Source: Gammaproteobacteria bacterium (GTDB lineage: Bacteria > Pseudomonadota > Gammaproteobacteria > UBA4575). From it: a DNA stretch of 64,000 nt. Of this stretch, positions 8,609-18,647 are shown one piece after another. Below the pieces are notes generated by a model. It was not told where the DNA came from, ran no database searches, and saw only the letters and a program-made list of their open reading frames with translations. Both the position numbers and the translations under genes were made by a program. Positions within the stretch are counted from its first letter, which is position 1. Every line of letters begins with the position of its first letter. Where the stretch lies: positions 320,001 to 384,000 of the forward strand of contig CBDCUI010000009.1 in the NCBI GenBank assembly GCA_965222615.1. The letters run 5' to 3'.

Positions 8609-9651
8609 TAATTTAAGAGTGCCAGGTTGGTTGGATTTCTTAATCCAATAGTGGTTGAAAGTACTTTGCGATAAAAATTATCGTTAAAGGCCGCATAAGT
8701 TACATCGCCTAACTGATATGTTTTTGAATTAGTATAGCTAGGGTCTTGAGTTGCACTTCGTATCAGCAAGTGAACCTTGGCGCTCACTACCTGCGTTAAT
8801 TCTGTAGCAGTAGGTGTAGACAAATATCGATTTGCATAACCATCATTATCTGAGTCAATTCCAAATTCTAAATGAAGATCTTCCACACCCTGTGCAATAC
8901 ACTGCGGCTCGTCAGTGTTACCCGTTTCGGTATTTCCTAAACTGCCACCTGCTAATAAAGACATACGGCATAATGCAGGAATTCCATCACCAGAGGTTTC
9001 AAAATGATTGCGGATAAAATATGCGCTAACGTTATAGTGCCAGTCTCCCTCCCCTGTTGCGGGAAGATTAGTTGAACTAGCAGTGTTTATAAAACTGCCG
9101 GCGGTTCCATTTGTCCGTAGATAAATTTCACCATTAACTAAATTACTGCCGCCAGTAGTAATAATTTCAGTAGTATCTGAATCTCCATCAATATCGTTTG
9201 TATCAATAAAAGTAGACGCAGTAGGAGAACCTTCCACGCGTTTTATTACCAGAACATCTGTATTTGCCACTCGATCAGTCGCTATACCTGGGCAAAGAGT
9301 GAAGGTTTCTGTCGAAGGACTTACATGGTAATTATTATATAGTATTGCTTCACTCGCATCTAATAGGTTGACTTCATCAGCACAGCTATTTACTGAAACG
9401 GCTAACGAAGTTGAAATAGTATCAGGGCTCAACATTTGTCCCCAAAAATCAGTCATAACTAAATCTTTAGTAATTTGTTTTAACGCGTAACGTGCGTTTT
9501 CTTGTAAATAGGAATGTTTTTCATCTTGTGCAATATTTTTAGAGGTTGTGATATACATTGCTAACACAGCACCCGTTGCAATTAAACTGAGCAACAGCGC
9601 AATCATCATTTCAACTAATGTAAAACCTTTAACTTTATTGCTTGCTTTCAT
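8608..9651 (-). CDS. pilW: Type IV minor pilin PilW
   Basis: G/FTLVEMMIAL, LQENARYA, GVEDLHLEFGID, C-terminal LRN. Confidence 0.9.
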   Translation of the reverse strand: MKASNKVKGFTLVEMMIALLLSLIATGAVLAMYITTSKNIAQDEKHSYLQENARYALKQITKDLVMTDFWGQMLSPDTISTSLAVSVNSCADEVNLLDASEAILYNNYHVSPSTETFTLCPGIATDRVANTDVLVIKRVEGSPTASTFIDTNDIDGDSDTTEIITTGGSNLVNGEIYLRTNGTAGSFINTASSTNLPATGEGDWHYNVSAYFIRNHFETSGDGIPALCRMSLLAGGSLGNTETGNTDEPQCIAQGVEDLHLEFGIDSDNDGYANRYLSTPTATELTQVVSAKVHLLIRSATQDPSYTNSKTYQLGDVTYAAFNDNFYRKVLSTTIGLRNPTNLALLN

Positions 9652-9673
9652 TTTTACCTATTCACAATGAACT

Positions 9674-10306
9674 TTAGATGGGTTCAGAAATAAATGTTTG
9701 AAGTACTAGCACCTGACGATAAACATCATCTTCAGTATCTGAATCATAAAAACCTGAACCTTGTCCGCATGTGCTTATTGTTGGATCGCTTAATTTAGTC
9801 AGCCCTTTCCATGCGATGGTTACGGTATAAGTACCAGAGCCACCCGCAGGACCAGTGATACAAGCAATTGGAGCAGTTAATCCACCCACATTACTGGTCG
9901 CCACTTGTTCTGAAACACCAAGAAGAGATTGTTCCCATTCAAATAAATCGAACTGAGCGATTTGATTTGGTGCGCATCCAGCTGAGCAAGTAATTGAAGT
10001 GATCGAACCATTTGGGGTTGGTGATACTTCAGTACCTGCGCCTAATACTCGTCCAACACTATTGTTTGTATAAACTGTCAGCTGATTAGGATTAGCACGC
10101 ATACGTTCCACAAGTTCTTGTAAATGAAGTGTGGCTATTTCACGTTGAGATGCTTCAAATATTGCACGCTTAGATTTAAGCTGTAGCCCTGCTACCCCTA
10201 GTGTTCCAACCGATAACACAAAGATAGTAATCATGACTTCTAGCATAGAAAAGCCAATTATTTTTTTTACACTATAATAATTCTTATTTGCGATTGGCAT
10301 CTTCAT
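9674..10306 (-). CDS. pilV: Type IV pilus modification protein PilV
   Basis: G/FSMLEVMITIFVLSVGTLGVAGLQ, ERMRAN, DLFEW. Confidence 0.9.
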   Translation of the reverse strand: MKMPIANKNYYSVKKIIGFSMLEVMITIFVLSVGTLGVAGLQLKSKRAIFEASQREIATLHLQELVERMRANPNQLTVYTNNSVGRVLGAGTEVSPTPNGSITSITCSAGCAPNQIAQFDLFEWEQSLLGVSEQVATSNVGGLTAPIACITGPAGGSGTYTVTIAWKGLTKLSDPTISTCGQGSGFYDSDTEDDVYRQVLVLQTFISEPI

Positions 10307-10307
10307 A

Positions 10308-10892
10308 TCAGGTAGGATTTGTACAGTTGATTGCTACACTAGGAGTGCCTTTTTTTAAAATTGGGCGACCTAGTGGACTAATATTTATTTGTCTTCCGTA
10401 ATTGCCTCCACGATCATCACATATGGCCATTCGCGCAGTCGCACCTCCTTCGTTCGTGGTTCCATCGGCGTTTAATTCAATATTGTTATTCGCAGTAGAA
10501 TTCGTGCGAATGTTGATGTTAGGTGGAATATTACTACCAACTTTTAACAATGTGTCAGTCCCAGAGTTATACACATCATTATCATCGGGATCTGTAAAAA
10601 TTAACCAACCTGTTGTCCATGTATTAGCAGTGCCGCCACAAGTAGGAGATGAAGCGGTAGGATTTGCACTTCTGCATAACACAACTCGCTCTTTTCTTTT
10701 AATCGCTTCACTACGTGCGTAATTTAATGTTGCTGAAAAAGAATATGCTTGAGCTTTTAATTTATTATTTTTAAGAAAATCAGCCATAGATGGGACACCA
10801 AATGTAGCAATGATGGCTAATACAACTAAGCTAATCATTAATTCAATAACTGTGAATCCATCATCTCTTTTTAATTTAATCAACATAATCAA
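10308..10892 (-). CDS. fimT: FimT/FimU (GspH-like) minor pilin
   Basis: G/FTVIELMISL, ARSEAIKR, WTTGWLIF. Confidence 0.85.
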   Translation of the reverse strand: MIMLIKLKRDDGFTVIELMISLVVLAIIATFGVPSMADFLKNNKLKAQAYSFSATLNYARSEAIKRKERVVLCRSANPTASSPTCGGTANTWTTGWLIFTDPDDNDVYNSGTDTLLKVGSNIPPNINIRTNSTANNNIELNADGTTNEGGATARMAICDDRGGNYGRQINISPLGRPILKKGTPSVAINCTNPT

Positions 10893-11018
10893 AATATCTT
10901 AGAATTTTAAAGTTGCTTGGATTACAAACTTCTTAGTTCAATAAAAAAGTTGGTTTAAATTAACCTAAATGCTTGAAATTGCTGAAAAAATACGGATAAG
11001 GTAAAAAAGAATTCAGAC

Positions 11019-11040
11019 AAACGTGTGTTATTTCACATTT
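11019..11040. promoter_or_regulatory. CRP/Vfr-like binding site upstream of fimT
   Basis: AAACGTGT-GTTATT-TCACATTT versus consensus AAATGTGA-N6-TCACATTT. Confidence 0.5.
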
Positions 11041-11345
11041 TTTATTTGAAATGAGTCTCAGAAATAATTTTTTAAAAAACATGGAGATAATAAAATTTTG
11101 AAAAATTTTACAAAATCACAAATAGTTATAAAAAAGTCCATTAATCGCTATTTTCAAACCACTTATCTTTGTTTAGAAAGTTAACAACATGTCGAAAAAG
11201 AGATCAGGTCCCTTTTACTCTTGATTAACGTATGTGTGTGGGGTTCGAAGAACTGTCTAACGGGTTCAATAAAATGTCAGGGACATTTTGGTCCGCCAAA
11301 AACGCTCGTAGAGCAAAACACATGTATGCCTAACTACAGATGCTA

Positions 11346-11712
11346 GCTCAACCGATGACGCAACACATTGGTTAAAACATTCTGTCGGTATTTCAAAGTG
11401 TAAAGTTTTTCTAGGTCGCTCATTAAGCTCGCGTGCGACAGCATTCAGTTTCTGTTGAGAGTGTACCGATAAGTCTGTGCCTTTGGGGAAATACTGTCTG
11501 AGTAATCCATTGGTGTTCTCATTCGAACCCCGTTACCATGGACTTTGCGGATCACAAAAGTACACGTTGATGTCCGTCGCTAACGTAAATTTCTGATGAT
11601 CCGCCATCTCTTTGCCTCGATCCCAGGTTAAGGATTGATATAATTCGTTCGATAACTTCTTCGATTGTTTGATTAATGCTCCAATCACACTTTTAGTGTC
11701 TTTCGGCAAGCC
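11346..11712 (-). pseudogene. IS30-family transposase C-terminal remnant
   Basis: SLTWDRGKEM...[30 protein letters not shown]...LNERPRKTL; internal TAA, 5' part missing. Confidence 0.9.
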
Positions 11713-12171
11713 CATATGGTGGCACCTTTTGATGACTTGAAATAATGTTGGCGGTCATGGTTTCTAGAAACTGCATTTTTCGAATCACACCACACGATGT
11801 TTGGGGGAAAAGCGGCCTAACTTTTCACTCTTTCAAATTGGTGAATCATCTACACCAAAGCGGTCTAGCCAGAAGCAAGAATACTTCGCTATCGGCCAGG
11901 TTAATAATAGTTTCAACATTTTATTCGCGTTGTTAATGCTGGTTTAATTTGGATGCGACCGCTCTAACCCCTGAAAATTTTATTCTTACATAACAGAATG
12001 TCTTTTCAGCGATTTTTTGTAACCAGTTATCAAATACCAAACTATCTACAGTCATTTCTTTTATAGCCTCTACGAGTGACAAGATGTCTACAATGTAATT
12101 GTTTCACTTTAATAGGTTAGTTGTTTGCGAATAGGTGCAAATTGAACGCCCATTTATCTGAAAGGACTCTC

Positions 12172-13398
12172 ATGAAACTATTTTACTGTAATACTGCTAT
12201 TATTGTTTTTTTGGTATCGTTGATCAGTGCTTGCGGCACAACTCAGCCGATCACGTCTTCCGGGACAAACAAAGGTCAGGACGTACTGGAACAAGCACTG
12301 GCTCGCGAGGCTAGCTTATCCGGCAATTATCCAATCTCAGCTCAAGACGGTTTCTTCTCAGCCTCTATCACCGGTAGTGCTCAACCCTCGGTACAAGCGC
12401 ATGAGGGTGTATACCAGGTATCCGTACCGATAGGTACGGAGGTTATGGCGGAATGCTTTATTTATCATGAACCACTGGACACGGCAGCCACGCTCAATCT
12501 CCTGTTTGATGAGTCACTAGCATTTACAGAAGAGACAGAAATACACGAGATCGATGCTGGAGTCTTTGACAAGGTGCCGTACTTATATCAAGAAAAACTG
12601 TATTTAACGAAGCAAAACAAAGTCGGCATGTTAAAGATTTTCGTGTCACCTTTTGATTCCTCTCTACTAGCCTGCATGCATGATACGGCTGGCTACCGTG
12701 AGACCTTCCGGAAAATGGCATCCAGTTTAGCAAAGTCGCTGGTATTACATAATGTAGATAGCGAAAACTGGCAGCATGAAGAAATTCTCGTTTGGAAACT
12801 GCATGATATGAAAATCGGTTACACTTTGAGTCGTGCTGTACCAGATGAAAACGGCGATATCAAAAGCGTCGTCGAAACAGCCCTGGTGATCCCGCGTTCC
12901 GAACAAGAAACCTTAGTTCACGACGAATATAATCTAACTTATGAGCAACCAGATGGAGCGTTGATCAATGGCCGTTATTCGGAGGCTGAGAATGGCAAAC
13001 TCAAGGTCAATGTCAGTCTCGATCCAAACGAACAAGGCGGTTATCAAGTCTCCGGTACTTTTCAAGGCAAAGAAATTAATGCGCCACTGAAGTCAGCCAA
13101 GAGTGTAGACGGCCCTTATTACCAGCACCGCGAGATGATTCGCGCGGCGGATCCGAACAATAGTCAGTTGCAGTCCGTACATATCAATGCCTATATGCCA
13201 TCTGCCAATCCATTGGAGGCGGTGGAAATGGACATTGAACCCACCGGCGAACAGATTGATGGCCTGCCACAATATGAGATCCTGTTCGCGGGAATGAAGG
13301 CGACAACACTTGTGGACAATCAAGGACACAAGTCTATGACGTTGGAAATGGGGCAAGTCGAAATCGAGTTGTCCCGTGCATACATCAATCACTTTTAA
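12172..13398 (+). CDS. Hypothetical lipoprotein
   Basis: AAGGA RBS + ATG at 12172; lipobox LISAC; long ORF with no recognisable catalytic motif. Confidence 0.75.
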   Translation: MKLFYCNTAIIVFLVSLISACGTTQPITSSGTNKGQDVLEQALAREASLSGNYPISAQDGFFSASITGSAQPSVQAHEGVYQVSVPIGTEVMAECFIYHEPLDTAATLNLLFDESLAFTEETEIHEIDAGVFDKVPYLYQEKLYLTKQNKVGMLKIFVSPFDSSLLACMHDTAGYRETFRKMASSLAKSLVLHNVDSENWQHEEILVWKLHDMKIGYTLSRAVPDENGDIKSVVETALVIPRSEQETLVHDEYNLTYEQPDGALINGRYSEAENGKLKVNVSLDPNEQGGYQVSGTFQGKEINAPLKSAKSVDGPYYQHREMIRAADPNNSQLQSVHINAYMPSANPLEAVEMDIEPTGEQIDGLPQYEILFAGMKATTLVDNQGHKSMTLEMGQVEIELSRAYINHF

Positions 13399-13413
13399 CA
13401 ATCAAACCTGAAT

Positions 13414-14196
13414 GTGTCATTAGTGAGCGCACGTCTCAGTTTGGTGATACTGTTGTGGTTCACCACCAGCATGTCATTCGCAACGGACAGTAAGCTATTT
13501 ATTGGTCAGGTGCGTGTGGAAGATGCACGAACCGACATTACAACTAATAAACCGATATTGCAGTATGAATTCGTGCATACGTTCCCTGCAGTATTGCAAC
13601 GGCATCTAACTGCCTGGTTCCCGCAACAGATCACACAACCTTCCGGGGCAGTCATCAGCGTCTCTGACTATCCGCTGACTATGGAGCCACTTGCAGGTGA
13701 CGAACACCGAGCCACAACTTTCTTGATAGATTATGCTGAACCTGCGGTACAACAGCTGGCTTCTGCGATAGAAACTGCATATGGCAAAGTGCCCAGTGCT
13801 GTTGAACTAGAGCAGTTCGTATATGACTACATTGTTGATAAAAATGCAGCAAATGGTTTTGATATTGCCTCACAGGTAGCTCAATCACGTGAGGGTGACT
13901 GTACGGAACACGCTGTATTATTAACAGCCTTACTACGAATGTACGGTTATCCAGCACGCGTTGTTGTTGGGTTATATATTGCTCTAGATGAACCTGTGCT
14001 TGCTTATGGTCATGCATGGACGGAATACTATAGTGAACGTGGCTGGAATGGACTTGATGCCACTCGCATTAGTGACTCCGTTGGCCGACAACATGTGCCA
14101 CTCAGCGTCGTTGAAAATGAAACGATAAGTTACACTATGGGGTTAATGAAGACATTACAGACGCAGTCGATCGAGCGCATTATCGTTACTAACTGA
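13414..14196 (+). CDS. Exported transglutaminase-like (Cys-His-Asp) protein
   Basis: GDCTEHAVLL, PARVVVG, HAWTEYY, LDAT; N-terminal signal peptide. Confidence 0.85.
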   Translation: MSLVSARLSLVILLWFTTSMSFATDSKLFIGQVRVEDARTDITTNKPILQYEFVHTFPAVLQRHLTAWFPQQITQPSGAVISVSDYPLTMEPLAGDEHRATTFLIDYAEPAVQQLASAIETAYGKVPSAVELEQFVYDYIVDKNAANGFDIASQVAQSREGDCTEHAVLLTALLRMYGYPARVVVGLYIALDEPVLAYGHAWTEYYSERGWNGLDATRISDSVGRQHVPLSVVENETISYTMGLMKTLQTQSIERIIVTN

Positions 14197-14579
14197 ATTC
14201 AAAGCCCTCCATTTAGATAACATTAACTTCACGCTTTTATTTAATAGCATTTTAGTTCTGCGGTTCACTATACCAACCCAACCAGGTGTCTCGATTACAA
14301 AGACATCACACGCAAGTTAATACGTGGCGAAACCATTCATAATCATATATCTTACAATCTGCATATCAAGTTGTGGATCATGAGTAAATATAAATTTATA
14401 AATAACATTCCAGATGTAGATGCCGCCTACATAGCATGTATTAAAAAAAATCAATAGAGCCAAACACGATTGATCCGCTCATAGCTAACATAGCAGATTG
14501 AGTACGAATAATTGGTTAGAAATTCATTTGAGCAAACTAATAAATACTTAGGTAAAAAGAAAAAATAGTAGTGAATTAT

Positions 14580-15185
14580 ATGGATACAAAACAAGCAATA
14601 GAAAAACGACGAGCTGTAAAGCACTATGACGCAAACCATAGAATGACGCCTGAAGAAGTAAATGAGCTATTGTCATTAGCGATTCTTTCTCCTACGGCAT
14701 TCAATATTCAAAATTGGCGTTTTGTTGTAGTTACTGATACAGAATTGAGGAAACAAATCAGAGAAGCAGCCTGGGATCAATCACAAGTTACGGACGCATC
14801 ACTATTCATTGTTTTGTGCGCCGATATGAAGTCTTGGGAGAAACAACCTGAACGATACTGGACTGATGCACCAAAAGAAGTTCAAGAGTTTATACTACCT
14901 GCTATCGATAATTACTATCGAGGCAAGGACCAGGTTCAAAGAGACGAGGCAATGCGATCCTGTGGTATAGCTGCACAAACACTGATGCTTACCGCAAAAT
15001 CAATGGGGTACGATTCATGTCCAATGGATGGTTTTGATTTCGATAAAGTAGCTGGTCTTATTAATCTACCCGCTGACCATGCAATTGCTATGTTTGTTGC
15101 AATTGGTAAGGGAATAAAAGAGGCATGGCCGCGAGCTGGGCAGCTAAGTCTTAACGATGTAGTTATCAATAACAACTTTTCTTAA
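14580..15185 (+). CDS. Nitroreductase family protein
   Basis: RRAVKHY, SPTAFNIQNWRFVV, GYDSCPMDGFD. Confidence 0.92.
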   Translation: MDTKQAIEKRRAVKHYDANHRMTPEEVNELLSLAILSPTAFNIQNWRFVVVTDTELRKQIREAAWDQSQVTDASLFIVLCADMKSWEKQPERYWTDAPKEVQEFILPAIDNYYRGKDQVQRDEAMRSCGIAAQTLMLTAKSMGYDSCPMDGFDFDKVAGLINLPADHAIAMFVAIGKGIKEAWPRAGQLSLNDVVINNNFS

Positions 15186-15244
15186 CAACATAATAATTGC
15201 ATTCATGAAATGGTAAGAAGTAAAGCACTATTATCGAGTGTAGC

Positions 15245-16660
15245 TTGAGTGAAAACATTGTTATTCACTGGTTTAGGCAGGATCTTCGCATTTCTGACAA
15301 TCCAGCTCTGTTCGCGGCGTCTCGGCATGGAACCGTTTTACCCATTTATATCCTAGATACTAAAAATGCAGGTGACTATTATTTAGGTGCAGCAAGTCGC
15401 TGGTGGCTACATCACTCCCTGTTAGCATTAGATAAATCATTAAATGGGACTCTCTCGGTATATAAAGGTGATCCTAAGAAAGTCCTTGTCGATTTAGCAC
15501 AAAGACAAAACATCAAAGCCATCTACTGGAATCGCTGTTATGAGCCTTGGCGAATTACACGGGATGAACAAATTAAAAAAACTTTAGATACACACAATAT
15601 CGAAACCCATAGCTTTAATGGTGCTCTACTTTGGGAACCATGGGAAATTCTAAAAAATGATGGAACTCCTTATAAAGTATTTACGCCTTTTTATAAATCA
15701 GGATGTTTAAACGCGCCACCGCCAAGACAACCAATATCTAAGCCTAAAAGCTTTAAGCTAAAAAAAGATGAGCTTAACGAGTTATCGATACATGATTTAG
15801 GATTGTCACCCAAGATTAAGTGGACTAAACAATTGGAGCCACATTGGAAAATAGGAGAAGAAAACGCTAAGAGAAAACTAAGCAAATTTATAAAAAAGCA
15901 ACTGGCTAATTATAAAGAAGGGCGAAATTTCCCAGCCAAAAACAATGTCTCTCGATTATCTCCACATCTACACTTTGGAGAGATATCTCCCAACCAAATT
16001 TGGAATGCTGCCATGAACACTGAAGATAGTGATGATCGAGCACATTTTCTACGTGAGCTTGGTTGGCGAGAGTTTTCTTGTAACCTTTTGTATCACTTTC
16101 CAGAATTACCCCGCAAAAATTGGCAAACCAAATTCGATCAATTTCCTTGGTTAGAAAATGATACGAACCTCCAAAGCTGGCAAATGGGTCAAACCGGTTA
16201 TCCATTGGTCGATGCTGGCATGCGTGAATTGTGGCAAACAGGCTATATGCACAATCGAGCACGTATGGTGGTAGGTTCATTTTTGGTGAAGAACTTATTA
16301 TTACACTGGCACCACGGTGAGCGATGGTTTTGGGACTGCCTGGTGGATGCGGATCTTGCTAATAACAGCGCGGGTTGGCAGTGGATCGCCGGATGTGGTG
16401 TTGATGCTACACCCTATTTTCGCGTTTTCAACCCTACTACTCAGGGACAAAAGTTTGACGCTAAAGGTGAATATACCCGTCAATTCGTACCAGAATTAAA
16501 AAAATTACCTCATAAGTTTTTGTTTAATCCATGGGAAGCGCCCGTCAAGATTTTACAAGAAGCGGGGATTACTCTAGGAAAGGATTATCCTTTACCAATT
16601 GTTGATTTGAAGTCATCGCGTCAACGAGCTTTGAGTGCGTATCAAAAAATCAGAGTTTAA
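15245..16660 (+). CDS. phrB: Deoxyribodipyrimidine photolyase (class I CPD photolyase)
   Basis: WFRQDLRISDNPAL, SRLSPHLHFGEIS, TGYPLVDAGMREL, GYMHNRARM, NNSAGWQW. Confidence 0.93.
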   Translation: MSENIVIHWFRQDLRISDNPALFAASRHGTVLPIYILDTKNAGDYYLGAASRWWLHHSLLALDKSLNGTLSVYKGDPKKVLVDLAQRQNIKAIYWNRCYEPWRITRDEQIKKTLDTHNIETHSFNGALLWEPWEILKNDGTPYKVFTPFYKSGCLNAPPPRQPISKPKSFKLKKDELNELSIHDLGLSPKIKWTKQLEPHWKIGEENAKRKLSKFIKKQLANYKEGRNFPAKNNVSRLSPHLHFGEISPNQIWNAAMNTEDSDDRAHFLRELGWREFSCNLLYHFPELPRKNWQTKFDQFPWLENDTNLQSWQMGQTGYPLVDAGMRELWQTGYMHNRARMVVGSFLVKNLLLHWHHGERWFWDCLVDADLANNSAGWQWIAGCGVDATPYFRVFNPTTQGQKFDAKGEYTRQFVPELKKLPHKFLFNPWEAPVKILQEAGITLGKDYPLPIVDLKSSRQRALSAYQKIRV

Positions 16661-16888
16661 ATTTTAGCAAAATTATAAAGATTTCTAAGTTAGCGATGCA
16701 AAGTTGAATATACTTGAAAAAACATCGTAACTCCTTGTTAAAAAAGAGAAAATAATTTAATAACCATTATCTAAAACGAAAATCAAAAGTCTTGGTCTAA
16801 TCCGCATGTAACCCGCTTTTTAATAGTTAATAAAAAGAAAATATTTATTTGGTATGAAGGTTCCAAAAATATCAACCTACGTACTCTC

Positions 16889-17047
16889 ATGCTAGAAATC
16901 ATTAAAAAATTTATTGTGTTGGCAGTGTTCTTTTCCTTAGGGATATTGACTGTGGTCTTCAGCGAATCAGAAGAGACTAAATCTACTTTTGGACCTACAG
17001 CTAATCCAGCAAATGGAATAAATTTACATCGGACAAGTATTTTTTAG
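16889..17047 (+). CDS. Possible 52-aa small protein with N-terminal hydrophobic helix
   Basis: Manual translation MLEIIKKFIVLAVFFSLGILTVVFSESEETK...; below the ORF-track cutoff; no clear RBS. Confidence 0.3.
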   Translation: MLEIIKKFIVLAVFFSLGILTVVFSESEETKSTFGPTANPANGINLHRTSIF

Positions 17048-17132
17048 AGTTATTTCGATCATAAATAAACTCTAAATAAGCACACCTCTTTACTGATAAA
17101 AATGCTTTAATCCTTTAGGACTTTAAAAATTT

Positions 17133-17600
17133 ATGGATGTAGTAGCCTTACTATTGTTAGTTGTTGTTATCCTTTTAGTTTTCATTGTTTTTCTCGGACC
17201 GTTAACCACTATTTACAAAAAATTTAGTTTTAAAAAGCCGTTATTCTGGACTGGCGCAATAGTTATGCTCTCAACTATTTTCGGTGCTGGCTACTTGATG
17301 CATTACTTAAAACATCTTAAACAAAGACACCCTGCTGACCCAAGACTTATTTCAGCGATTGTTTACGTCGAAAATTTTCGAAACCGAAGTAATCGCCTCC
17401 CCAATAAACAAGAATTTGAAAAGTGGGAAAATCAATCAGATCACAAAGGTTATTGTTGTGACTGTTCATATGAAACTTACTTACTTGATAAATCCGGCAA
17501 ATTTTCTGAAACTGGATTTCCTGCATACACTATCAGTTGCTTTGATGGCGATATCTCACATTATTATTCAACCCCACCGAATAGGTTCTATATCCGTTGA
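17133..17600 (+). CDS. Hypothetical membrane protein
   Basis: Two N-terminal hydrophobic segments, AGGA RBS. Confidence 0.6.
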   Translation: MDVVALLLLVVVILLVFIVFLGPLTTIYKKFSFKKPLFWTGAIVMLSTIFGAGYLMHYLKHLKQRHPADPRLISAIVYVENFRNRSNRLPNKQEFEKWENQSDHKGYCCDCSYETYLLDKSGKFSETGFPAYTISCFDGDISHYYSTPPNRFYIR

Positions 17601-17805
17601 TAGTTTAGAACAAATTTTATCCAGGCTTACAAACCAAAAAGAACAGTTTTAGCTCAACTTATTCTTGAATTAGGTATAGAATTAGTCCTTAAATCACAAA
17701 AACAAGACTAACAATGGCTTTGTACAATCTTATATATTTAATTTTTGGAATAGCGTTTGTTTATATACTCTGGAGCAATCTGCGCTGAGTTAGTTTTACT
17801 AGCTC

Positions 17806-18033
17806 TCACCAATGCTCCCAAACTTCAAAATACGTCACTCCGTCTTTAACTACTGTACGTATCCCAACTTCGCGCTTAACTTTGAGCGCCTTTTCCATAG
17901 CCTTATTGTATGCCGTGGAACCTTCACCACCTTCACGAGATCTATACAAATCTACTAGATGCCAGCCTCTTCTATTTAAAGTTGCCGTCTCATTTTCATC
18001 AAGGGTTTGTATTTTTTTTTCAGATTCTGACAT
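17806..18033 (-). CDS. Hypothetical protein (75 aa)
   Basis: ATG-start ORF co-directional with neighbours, protein-like composition. Confidence 0.6.
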   Translation of the reverse strand: MSESEKKIQTLDENETATLNRRGWHLVDLYRSREGGEGSTAYNKAMEKALKVKREVGIRTVVKDGVTYFEVWEHW

Positions 18034-18072
18034 GTTTTGTACGCTTTATGAAAACCTTTAAGAATTAATATC

Positions 18073-18624
18073 TTATTCGATACCTTTTTCTTTTATTTCT
18101 TTCTTTACAATTTCTATATTTTCTTCGATTTGTTTTTTGACAAACTCACTAATCACAGCATCGTACTTTTCTGCTGTTTTTTTTGTCACTTGTTGTGACA
18201 GTTTTTGTGATGCCACAACCGATTTTTTCCCCACTGGGGTTTTGTAAAATGCAATTAATTCCTTTACTTCACTTTCAGTATAAGTTTCCTTATACAGTGG
18301 GATGAACACTTCTTCTTCCATTTTTTGGTATGGCATGGCTTCTTTAACGTGATTTTCGTAATTCTTCACCATTTCAGTAAATCTACCTTTTAATACTTCA
18401 CCAACTTTCTGTCTCTGCTCTTCTGATAAAGAATTTGCATCAATATTTTGATCTGCTGCTTGAAAAAAGCTTGCTTGCATCTGGTTAATGATAAGAGTGT
18501 TTAAGCTTACATAATTACCGCGAACACCCGTTAATTCAAATAGTTCTTTAAGATTATCACTGTAAGAATCTGCTACAACAGAATGGCTGAGTACTAATAA
18601 AACAAAAAATAATATTCTTTTCAT
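18073..18624 (-). CDS. DUF2059-domain exported protein
   Basis: Signal peptide; YKETYTESEVKELIAFYKTPVGKK motif. Confidence 0.8.
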   Translation of the reverse strand: MKRILFFVLLVLSHSVVADSYSDNLKELFELTGVRGNYVSLNTLIINQMQASFFQAADQNIDANSLSEEQRQKVGEVLKGRFTEMVKNYENHVKEAMPYQKMEEEVFIPLYKETYTESEVKELIAFYKTPVGKKSVVASQKLSQQVTKKTAEKYDAVISEFVKKQIEENIEIVKKEIKEKGIE

Positions 18625-18647
18625 GTAAATCCTATGTTAATAATGAA

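Noticed and set aside
11327-11347. ATGCCTAACTACAGA (MPNYR), like the start of REP-associated tyrosine transposases
   Set aside because: Only five codons before a stop and the IS30 remnant; cannot be told from chance
11745-11936. 63-aa ORF beside the IS30 remnant
   Set aside because: No RBS or motif; other frames are full of stops
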